NCBI GenBank assembly: GCA_038233665.1
Contig: JBBSVJ010000001.1
Coordinates: forward strand, 13,781-77,780
Direction: 5' to 3'
Source of the DNA: Lysobacterales bacterium
Lineage (GTDB): Bacteria; Pseudomonadota; Gammaproteobacteria; Xanthomonadales; Rhodanobacteraceae
DNA length: 64,000 nt
A model generated the notes under the pieces. It was given only the letters and a program-made list of their open reading frames with translations, did no database searches and was not told the DNA's origin. Of the stretch, positions 39,107 to 47,432 are shown in pieces. The translations under genes were made by a program, and so were the position numbers. Every line of letters begins with the position of its first letter. Position 1 is the first letter of the stretch.

Positions 39107-41458
39107 ATGGCAATGGCAACATCATTTCGAGTGACGGCTCTCGCGGCCGTGATCGGCGCGTGTCTTGGTGGCAATGCGTTGATTAACAATGCGGATGCCG
39201 CCAGCCCCAGCAAACAAACGGCAGCGTCAATCAACACCTACATCATCAAGTTCACCGATGCCGGTGCGCTTCACTACCAGGGTGGCGTTGCCAGCCTGCG
39301 TGCAACGGCACCGGATCCGACGGCCCGCGCGCGAAAGTTTGACGCAACCAGTGCTGATTCAAAAAACTATCGCGCCTACTTGCGTCAGCGCCAGCAAGAT
39401 TCCATCGCGACCATGTCCTCTTTGATTGGTCATCCGCTGGAAGTGACTCACACCTATGAGGTTACTGCTAGCGGCATTGCCGCCAAATTGACCTCCGCAG
39501 AAGCGGCAGCAATTGCCAGCGCGCCGGGTGTTGAATCGGTTAGTCAGGAAGAGATCCAGCATCTTGATACCTATCGTGGTCCGACCTTCATCGGTGCTGA
39601 CACGGTCTGGAAGTCACCGACGACAGGTTCCATTACCGGTCGCGGCAAGGGTGTGGTGGTCGGTGTACTCGATAGTGGTGTGAATTCGACACATCCCTCG
39701 TTCGCCGATGATGCGATGTGCGGATTTGGCCCTGGCGACCACAAGCTGCTCAGCGCACGAGATTGCGACACATCAACCGCAGGCGTCTGCAACGGTCCGG
39801 ATCCAGAGGCCGGCAGCTCCGGCCATGGTGTGCATACAGCCAGCACTGCAGCCGGAAACTCGGTTACCAACGCCGCATCGCCATCGCCAAACTTGCCTGC
39901 GCCGTATACGCAGATGTCCGGCGTAGCGCCATGCGCTTCCGTGCGCACTTACAAGGTTTGCCCGGGTGATACCTGCGGTGGAGCGGCGATTCAGGCCGGT
40001 ATCGAGAACGCGATCATCGACGGTGTGGACGTCATCAACTACTCGATTTCAGGTGGTACCACTCCATGGGGTGATGCCGATCGAACCTTCCTCGATGCGG
40101 TGAATGCCGATATCGTCGTTGCCGCTTCGGCAGGCAATACCCGCGCGGAAACTCCCAGCCCCATTGGCAATGTCAATCATCGTGGCCCTTGGATGATGAC
40201 GGTCGCCGCTTCGACCCAGGATGTGAATCTGGGTTCGGGTCTGTCAGCAACCGGTCCCGGTACGCCGCCGGCCAACACGCAGAACCTTCTGGCAGCTCTC
40301 GGCAGCAATATCACCGCACCAGTTCCGTTCACGGATCTTCCCATCCGTGTTTCTTCCACCAACTTGATTGGTTGCACGGCAGGCGGCGCGTTTCCGGCTG
40401 GATTCTTCAGCGGTGCGGTTGCCCTGATTCAACGCGGAACTTGTCCGTTTACAGAGAAGGTCGGCAACGCAGCGGCTGCCGGTGCGGTACAGGTGATCAT
40501 CTACAACAACACCTTCGGCACCATCAACATGAACACCGACGGTGCGACTATCCCGGCTTACAGCATTACCCAGCCCGCGGGTGTCGCGATGAACGCTTTC
40601 ATCACGGCTAACGGAGCGACTCCGACCACGGCCAGTTTGAGTGCGCGAATTGCCGGACCGGTGCAGGGTGATGTGTTGGCAGACTTCAGCTTCCGCGGCC
40701 CGATTGCGGGCAACTTGGCCGACTTGACCAAACCGGATATCACCGGACCTGGCGTCAATATCTACGCGGCTGGGCGTGCCGCCGACGGCAACTACTTCAC
40801 GATTAGCGGTACCTCGATGTCGAGCCCACATCTGGCGGGATCGGCGGCCCTGGTGCGTGCGGTCAATCCGGACTGGACACCAACCGAAGTCAAATCCGCG
40901 CTGTTGCTGACGGCCAAGCTGACCGGAACGCAAGAAAACCAAAGCACACCCTGGAACGTGGATGATATCGGCAGCGGTCGTGTGGATCTGACAGCTGCGC
41001 CGCATGCGGGCTTCGTGATGGATGAGACATTCGCCAACTTCCTGGCGGCCAATCCATCGGGTGGTTCGATCAACGTCAAGGAATTGAACCTTCCTTCCGT
41101 TCGCGTCACCGGACTTTCGGCCGTCTCACCGGTCTACACGTGGGTGCGTACCCTGCGTAACACGGCTTCCGGTCCGACCACCTGGAATGTCAGCGTGGAT
41201 CAGCCGCCTGGCGTGGTGGTAACGGTCAGCCCGAGCACGTTCGCGTTTACCGGTGCCGGTGTTCAAGACCCCGAGCATATCTTTACCGGTAATTTCGAAA
41301 GCACGGCAGCACCAGGTGCGGCAGAGACGCAGACGATCTTGATTACTGCGACAACGACTGCAGCGACAACGGGTATTGCGTTCGGTGAGGTCAAGTTCAC
41401 CGAGAGCAATAATGACGCTCCGCCGGCACATATCACCGTAGCGGTGAAGCGCCAGTAA
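39107..41458 (+). CDS. Secreted S8 subtilase with I9 propeptide, PA domain and C-terminal FN3-like domain
   Basis: VGVLDSG (Asp), HGVHTAST (His) and SGTSMSSPH (Ser). PA motif ALIQRGTCPF..K. Confidence 0.93.
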   Translation: MAMATSFRVTALAAVIGACLGGNALINNADAASPSKQTAASINTYIIKFTDAGALHYQGGVASLRATAPDPTARARKFDATSADSKNYRAYLRQRQQDSIATMSSLIGHPLEVTHTYEVTASGIAAKLTSAEAAAIASAPGVESVSQEEIQHLDTYRGPTFIGADTVWKSPTTGSITGRGKGVVVGVLDSGVNSTHPSFADDAMCGFGPGDHKLLSARDCDTSTAGVCNGPDPEAGSSGHGVHTASTAAGNSVTNAASPSPNLPAPYTQMSGVAPCASVRTYKVCPGDTCGGAAIQAGIENAIIDGVDVINYSISGGTTPWGDADRTFLDAVNADIVVAASAGNTRAETPSPIGNVNHRGPWMMTVAASTQDVNLGSGLSATGPGTPPANTQNLLAALGSNITAPVPFTDLPIRVSSTNLIGCTAGGAFPAGFFSGAVALIQRGTCPFTEKVGNAAAAGAVQVIIYNNTFGTINMNTDGATIPAYSITQPAGVAMNAFITANGATPTTASLSARIAGPVQGDVLADFSFRGPIAGNLADLTKPDITGPGVNIYAAGRAADGNYFTISGTSMSSPHLAGSAALVRAVNPDWTPTEVKSALLLTAKLTGTQENQSTPWNVDDIGSGRVDLTAAPHAGFVMDETFANFLAANPSGGSINVKELNLPSVRVTGLSAVSPVYTWVRTLRNTASGPTTWNVSVDQPPGVVVTVSPSTFAFTGAGVQDPEHIFTGNFESTAAPGAAETQTILITATTTAATTGIAFGEVKFTESNNDAPPAHITVAVKRQ

Positions 41459-41483
41459 TCGTCACAACCAAAGCGTGAAACTT

Positions 41484-41512
41484 GAAGCCCGGGCATGCCC
41501 GGGCTTCTTTTT
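41484..41512 (+). terminator. Rho-independent terminator
   Basis: The perfect palindrome GAAGCCCGGGCATGCCCGGGCTTC is followed by TTTTT. Confidence 0.88.
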
Positions 41513-41775
41513 GTCTGCAGATCGGATTTTCTGAAGAAGAACTACCGCGATTAACTGCATTTCTAACGAATAAGCGGGTTGGGCCATTGCGCTTAGTTGC
41601 TGCTTGAAGCAACGATCCCATCGGGTTTGCAGTCGGCTAATCCAGATTTGAGCTGAAGATTCGGCTCGACGAAAGCCTGGATTGTCTGGGTCGCCACAGG
41701 CGAACTGGCCAACAGCGCAAGGGCGATCTGATCGATGTGCTAGTTTGCCCGGATGATTATTCAGGGAATTTGCGC

Positions 41776-44223
41776 ATGACTGCAGGATCAAGAGTTGCCT
41801 TTGCCTTTCTCATCGTGTTGCTTAGCCTGAATGGGCACGCTGCTACCCGCCATGCTGGCGAGTGCATCGATGGTGTTGCCGAGGGTTATGCCTGCAGCCA
41901 TGTTGACCTGCTTGGCCATCTCGACCTGCTCCAACTCGGCACGACGGTCTCGGGCAATGGCAACGATATGTGGGGCTGGACCGATCCCGATTCCGGCAAG
42001 GAATATGCGCTGATCGGCCTCAACAACGGCACGGCTTTCGTTGATATTTCTGATCCGCAAAATCCCCTGCGCCTGGGCAACCTTCCAACCCACAGCGTCA
42101 ACTCACTCTGGCGTGACATCAAGACCTTTGGTCATTACGCGCTGATCGTTTCCGAAGCGCAGAACCACGGCATGCAGATTTTCGACCTGCACCATCTGCG
42201 TGATGTGATCACGCCGCCAATCACCTTTTCCGAGGATGCGTGGTATGGCAACTTCGGGCGTGCGCATGACATTGTCGTCAACGAGTCCTCCGGTTTCGTC
42301 TACGCAGTCGGATCGCGTCAGGGTACGCAACAGTGCAATGCAGGCCTGCACATGATCAACATGCAGAATCCGCTGGTTCCGGCATTTGTCGGATGTTTCA
42401 GCGCGGATGGCTACACCCATGATGCCCAGTGCATCAACTACGACGGCCCCGATGCCGATTATCTCGGCCATGAAGTCTGTTTCGCCGCAAACGAGGACAC
42501 GTTGACGATTGTCGATGTGAGCAACAAGGCAAGTCCGGTACAGATTTCACGCACCGGTTATAGCGGCTCCGGTTACGCGCACCAAGGCTGGCTCAGTGAC
42601 GATCGACGCTACATGCTGTTCGATGACGAGCTCGACGAACAGAACGACGGACACAACACGCGAACTTATGTCTGGGATGTGCAGGATCTCGACGCTCCTC
42701 ACGTCGATTTCACCTATGACGGCCCAACCAAAGCCATTGACCACAACCTCTATATCCATGAAGGCTACGCTTACGAATCGAATTACCAAGCCGGTTTGCG
42801 CATTCTCGATCTGTCCAAGATCGACAGTGACGTTTTGACTGAAGCTGCGTTTTTCGATACCCATCCGGAGAGTGACAGTGCCGATTTCGAAGGCGCATGG
42901 AGCAACTATCCGTTCTATGCGAGTGGTGTGGTCGGCGTCAGTGATATCAACCGCGGATTGTTTTTGTTGCAGCCTGAGTTGTGTCGAGCGCCGCTACCGG
43001 CAAGTGGCCTGAGCGCGGTTGGCAACGGCGACCATCGGATCGATCTCAGCTGGAGCCCGACGACAACGCCAGGCGCCAGCTACTCGATTGATCGGATTGT
43101 TGGCGGATGCAGCGGCAGCGCGGTCGAGACCATCACCAGCGGATTGAGTGGTACGAGTTTCAGCGATACCTCGGCCTCGGGAACGGTGACTTACGGCTAT
43201 CGTGTTCGCAGTGTGGCCGCATCGGGTGAATGCTCGGCGGCAGCCAGTGCTTGCGTCGAAGCAAGCACGACGGGAACCTGTACCGCAGCGCCGGCGTTCG
43301 ATGGGATTTTCAGCCTGCAGTCTGCCGCAACTTCATCGTGTGCTCTCGATCTGAGCTGGCAATCCGCGAGCTCGTATTGCGGTGCCGGTGCGAGCTTCAG
43401 CGTTTACCGATCGCAGGATGCGGGATTTACGCCGGCTCCGGCCGATCAGGTGAGTTCGTCGGTTTCCGGCCTTTCATGGACGGATACAGCGATCGCCGCC
43501 GGTGTCGACTACACCTATGTCGTTCGCGCTACCGATACCGGCAATGGCAGCATGGATGGCAACAGCGTGCGCTTGAGCGCTCGTGCGACGGGTCCGATCA
43601 GTGATGGTGATTATTTCAGCGGCGCGGAAACCGGAACGGCCATGCTTTCTGGCGTCGGAGAAACCCCGCTTGTGAGGCAACCGACGGCACCGGCGCACGT
43701 GGCTTGGGAAATTGTCGACAGCCAGGCGCACAGCGGAGCACGCAGCTATTTCTCCGGCTACAACAACTCTGAATGTCTGTCGATCGGGAGTGGGCCAATC
43801 TCGCTGAGCGCGGGACAAAACTCGATGATGGAATTCTGGACCCGCTACGGCATCGAAGCCGGTTACGACGGCGGCGTCGTGCAGATATCGAGCAATGGTG
43901 GACAGGATTGGTCGACGATTGCGCCGATTGGTGGCTATCCGGCGAGCTTCAACGGCAACAACACGAACGCCTGTGGTCTACCGACCAACAGCGGTAATTA
44001 TTCCGGCACCAACGCTGCGAACCTGGATTGGTCTGCACAGCAATTTGATCTATCCGCCTATGCCGGACAAACGATTCAGTTGCGCTGGCGCTTCAGCACC
44101 GATGGCGGAGTGACCGCAGACGGTTGGTGGATCGACGATATCCGTATCACCCACGCCCAAGTGCCCGGCATGTGCATGTCGAGCAATGATGTGATCTTTG
44201 TTGATGGATTCGAGATGTTGTGA
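41776..44223 (+). CDS. Choice-of-anchor B family secreted protein with FN3-like and C-terminal beta-sandwich domains
   Basis: Signal peptide, GNDMWGWTDPDSGKEYALIG, WRDIK, YTHDAQC, HQGW, HNLY and WSNYPFY. Ends in NDVIFVDGFEML. Confidence 0.85.
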   Translation: MTAGSRVAFAFLIVLLSLNGHAATRHAGECIDGVAEGYACSHVDLLGHLDLLQLGTTVSGNGNDMWGWTDPDSGKEYALIGLNNGTAFVDISDPQNPLRLGNLPTHSVNSLWRDIKTFGHYALIVSEAQNHGMQIFDLHHLRDVITPPITFSEDAWYGNFGRAHDIVVNESSGFVYAVGSRQGTQQCNAGLHMINMQNPLVPAFVGCFSADGYTHDAQCINYDGPDADYLGHEVCFAANEDTLTIVDVSNKASPVQISRTGYSGSGYAHQGWLSDDRRYMLFDDELDEQNDGHNTRTYVWDVQDLDAPHVDFTYDGPTKAIDHNLYIHEGYAYESNYQAGLRILDLSKIDSDVLTEAAFFDTHPESDSADFEGAWSNYPFYASGVVGVSDINRGLFLLQPELCRAPLPASGLSAVGNGDHRIDLSWSPTTTPGASYSIDRIVGGCSGSAVETITSGLSGTSFSDTSASGTVTYGYRVRSVAASGECSAAASACVEASTTGTCTAAPAFDGIFSLQSAATSSCALDLSWQSASSYCGAGASFSVYRSQDAGFTPAPADQVSSSVSGLSWTDTAIAAGVDYTYVVRATDTGNGSMDGNSVRLSARATGPISDGDYFSGAETGTAMLSGVGETPLVRQPTAPAHVAWEIVDSQAHSGARSYFSGYNNSECLSIGSGPISLSAGQNSMMEFWTRYGIEAGYDGGVVQISSNGGQDWSTIAPIGGYPASFNGNNTNACGLPTNSGNYSGTNAANLDWSAQQFDLSAYAGQTIQLRWRFSTDGGVTADGWWIDDIRITHAQVPGMCMSSNDVIFVDGFEML

Positions 44224-44288
44224 GATCGATCGCGGTCGACAAGCTTGGCTGAGGTTTGGTTTGATGCGGAGCAAGTTCATGGCGACGC

Positions 44289-44532
44289 GTGCAATTGCAA
44301 TTGCACTTGCGATTGAGGGGTCGATGCGATCGTTCGCAACGCCTTAATTTGATCCTGCATTTAGGGTCGATGCGATCCTTAGCAACGCCTGCAATTTGCT
44401 TTTGCAATTGAGGGGTCGATGCGATCCTCCGCAACACCTGAATTTGCTCCTGCAATTCAGGTGTACTTGCCATCCATGGCAATCGCCTGAAACTGCTCCT
44501 GCTTTTCAGGCATACATGCCATCCATGGCAAT
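44289..44532 (-). ncRNA. Candidate CsrB/RsmY/RsmZ-like GGA-loop small RNA (tandem hairpin array)
   Basis: Five 46-49 nt units, each with two hairpins. 7 loops carry GGA and the stems show compensatory changes. RNA function is inferred. Confidence 0.6.
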
Positions 44533-44560
44533 AAAAAACCCCGGGTGTTTCCACCCGGGG
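44533..44560 (-). terminator. Rho-independent terminator of cspA
   Basis: Minus strand: CCCCGGGTG-GAAA-CACCCGGGG followed by TTTTTT. Confidence 0.9.
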
Positions 44561-44585
44561 TCTTGGTCAAACAATGGCGCGAGGT

Positions 44586-44795
44586 TCAGGCAACCTGAAC
44601 TTCGTCAGCCTGCATGCCCTTCTGACCCTGCACGGCGACAAACGTCACGCGCTGGCCTTCCTGCAGTGACTTGAAGCCGCTGCCCTGGATCGAGCGAAAA
44701 TGCACGAACAGGTCGGGGCCGCTTTCCGGCGTGATGAAGCCGAAGCCTTTGGCATCGTTGAACCACTTGACGGTACCGTTTTGGCGATTGGACAT
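44586..44795 (-). CDS. cspA: Cold-shock protein
   Basis: [15 protein letters not shown] (RNP1) and LFVHF (RNP2), with an AGGAG SD. Confidence 0.97.
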   Translation of the reverse strand: MSNRQNGTVKWFNDAKGFGFITPESGPDLFVHFRSIQGSGFKSLQEGQRVTFVAVQGQKGMQADEVQVA

Positions 44796-45186
44796 ATCTA
44801 ACTCCTAACAACTCAAATGAAATGGTATTCACGCTCCCGGGAACTCCCTGGGGACGAGACTGAGGTTGCTAAGGAGCGCGCAATCGGAACGATGGAATCG
44901 TGAAATTCGACGACATCGGGCCACGATTCACAGTGACCCTGGCAAACACAGTTCGCGTACTGTACAGAGGATTGTTCTACAAAGCGACTGGGCTCGGTGA
45001 AAATTCCATGATGCCAGCTTGCAATGGCTCAAGCTTTGTGCGCGTCGCGCCACTGGTTGGTGAAAAAACGTTTTCATAACAAAGGCTTGCGTGTTCGAAT
45101 CCTCTAATGATCGTTTTGGAGCTGATCCAGCTGAGTGCGTCTGCTGTTATGAATAGCCAGATGACGCGCCGAGGAAGTCCTGATTT

Positions 45187-46515
45187 TCACGTTTCAAGGC
45201 TGCCTCTCGCGAAGTCTCTGCTTGTCAGCAGCTGCCGCAGGGCGACGTAGCTAGCTGCCATCGGCGCGGCTGATGCCGGACGCGAGAGCAATCTGGCGAG
45301 CGCCTCGGGAGGCTCGATCTGACGACCGATCAGCGGCTCTACGATCTGCTCGAACTTGGCGGGATGCGCGGTCGCGACTATTGCCCAGTGGCCGGCGACA
45401 CCTTGGCGGCGGAGATGTTCGAGAACGCTCGCGGCGCATGCGCTGTGCGGACAAAGCACCTCGCCATAGGCAAATGCCGCTGATCTGATTGTTGCTCGAA
45501 TGGAGTCGTCTTCAACGGCGTCCACCGTGAATGCCGTGCGTAGCAAAGGCGCATCCGGATAGAGCCAGCACAAGCGTTCGAAATTGCTCGGTGCGCCGAC
45601 ATCCATCGCGTTGGCCAGGGTCGCCACGCTCTCTTCTGGCACATAGTCAGCGCCGGCAAAGAATTTGGGTAACGCGCGATTGGCATTGGTAGCGAGGGCG
45701 ATCTCACCGATCGGCAAGCCGCAAGCGCGGGCCAGAATAGCGGCCATCGCATTGCCGAGATTACCCGTTGGAATAACGAAATTCAGACACTCCCCGGTGC
45801 CACGCCAATGTGCCAAAGCGGCGCATGCGTAGTACGACATCTGCGGCATCAAGCGGCCGAGACTGATGCTGTTCGCAGAACTCAAAGGGATCTGCGCTTG
45901 TAACTCGCGATCGGCCAATGCTTTCTTGACCAGACGCTGGCAATCATCGAATGAGCCGGCAACCCGAAGCGTGGTGATGTTGTCGCCGAAGCAGCCAAGT
46001 TGATGAGCCTGACGCGGTGACACGCGTCCATCCGGATACAGCACGACCACGCGCAAGTTGGCCAGTCCATGAAAGGCGGCGGCGACTGCAGCACCGGTAT
46101 CCCCCGAGGTCGCTACAAGTATCGTCAGCGTCGCTTGCTCGGGTGTGCGAAGGCGCTGCATGCACTGGGCCAGAAAACGCGCGCCGAAATCCTTGAATGC
46201 AGCCGTCGGGCCATGGAACAACTCGAGGATGCTGGTTTGATCGAGGCCAAGCGGTTTCAGCGGCGCCGGGAAATCCAACGCCTCGGTACAGATCGCTGGG
46301 AGTTCGCTGGCCAATGGATCGTCGGCAAAGAAAGGCTGCAGCAGTCGTGAGGCAATGCCGGCGATGGATTCCAGCCCATCAAAGTCATCGGTTGAAAACT
46401 GAGGCAACCGTTGCGGAACATACAAGCCGCCATCGGTGGCCAATCCGGCGAGCAGCGCGCTACTCAAGTTGACGCCATCGGCGGCGTTGCGATCGCGCGT
46501 GCTGACGTATTTCAT
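45187..46515 (-). CDS. thrC: Threonine synthase
   Basis: [14 protein letters not shown] (PLP Lys), ATSGDTG, NSISLGR and PTGNLGN. Confidence 0.96.
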   Translation of the reverse strand: MKYVSTRDRNAADGVNLSSALLAGLATDGGLYVPQRLPQFSTDDFDGLESIAGIASRLLQPFFADDPLASELPAICTEALDFPAPLKPLGLDQTSILELFHGPTAAFKDFGARFLAQCMQRLRTPEQATLTILVATSGDTGAAVAAAFHGLANLRVVVLYPDGRVSPRQAHQLGCFGDNITTLRVAGSFDDCQRLVKKALADRELQAQIPLSSANSISLGRLMPQMSYYACAALAHWRGTGECLNFVIPTGNLGNAMAAILARACGLPIGEIALATNANRALPKFFAGADYVPEESVATLANAMDVGAPSNFERLCWLYPDAPLLRTAFTVDAVEDDSIRATIRSAAFAYGEVLCPHSACAASVLEHLRRQGVAGHWAIVATAHPAKFEQIVEPLIGRQIEPPEALARLLSRPASAAPMAASYVALRQLLTSRDFARGSLET

Positions 46516-47432
46516 GCCAGCACCGCAGCGGCCGGCCCATTGATCGGTGATAGAAACGCGCTGCAGTTGAAGCCAGCCTGTTCAAACGCGGCGCACATCG
46601 ATGGTGCGGCAATCTCGGCCTGTGCGCGGTTCTCGAACCAGGCAAACACGCTCGGCCCGGCGCCCGATATGGATGCGCCCATGGCATCGTGTTCCAGCGC
46701 GGCATCCTTGACCGCATGGAAGCCGCGGATCAACGGCGCACGGCGTGGCTCGACCAGCACGTCGGCAAGGCCCGCACGAACAAGGTGGGTATCACCGCGA
46801 TGGCAGCCGCTGAGAACGAGTGCGAGATTGGTGCTTTGCTCGACAAATTCTGCAAGCGCATAAGTGCCGTGCAAGGCGTCGCGCGACTGCCGCGTTTCAA
46901 GTACGACGTCGGGATGCACAATGACGCTAAACCATTCGTTTGGCACCTCGATTCGCAGCAGGTGTCCGTGGGCGGCCAGCACGAGACCGCCGAGCAGCAT
47001 CGGCCCGACGTTGTCGCCGTGTCGGCTGCCACTCGATACCGCCTCGCCATCGAGGGCAAAAGGATAAAGTTGTTCCGGCGCGAGCGGCCGATCCAACAAG
47101 GCATTCGCGGCGACCAAGGCCGCGACACACGAAGCCGCGGAGCCACCCATGCCCGAACCCAGGGCGATGCCCTTGTCGAGTTCAATGGCAAAGCCGAACG
47201 GAAGGTTCAGCGCTTCGCGCATGGCGATCAAGCCACGGCCCGCGGTGTTGTGCATAGCATCGGTCGGCAGATTGCGCACGCAACCTCTGATCGCGTCGAT
47301 ACGCACATCAAGCTCGTCGGTGCGCCGCACCGTGGCGCGATCGCCAATACCGGCAATGCTCTGACCCAGAATGTCGAAACCGACTGCAACATTGCCAATG
47401 CTGGCCGGGGCGAAGGCGGTTACCGAACTCAC
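46512..47432 (-). CDS. thrB: Homoserine kinase
   Basis: [28 protein letters not shown] and ISGAGPS. Confidence 0.96.
   Translation of the reverse strand: MSSVTAFAPASIGNVAVGFDILGQSIAGIGDRATVRRTDELDVRIDAIRGCVRNLPTDAMHNTAGRGLIAMREALNLPFGFAIELDKGIALGSGMGGSAASCVAALVAANALLDRPLAPEQLYPFALDGEAVSSGSRHGDNVGPMLLGGLVLAAHGHLLRIEVPNEWFSVIVHPDVVLETRQSRDALHGTYALAEFVEQSTNLALVLSGCHRGDTHLVRAGLADVLVEPRRAPLIRGFHAVKDAALEHDAMGASISGAGPSVFAWFENRAQAEIAAPSMCAAFEQAGFNCSAFLSPINGPAAAVLA

Noticed and set aside
44289-44532. CRISPR interpretation of the tandem array
   Set aside because: The units are contiguous with no unique spacers, they diverge progressively, and no cas genes are present.
44147-44554. 135-aa minus-strand ORF with ASTP.LQ.QI repeats
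   Set aside because: The unit lengths of 49, 48, 49 and 46 nt do not preserve frame. The ORF starts inside the terminator and overlaps the neighbouring gene, so the peptide repeat is a by-product of the DNA repeat.
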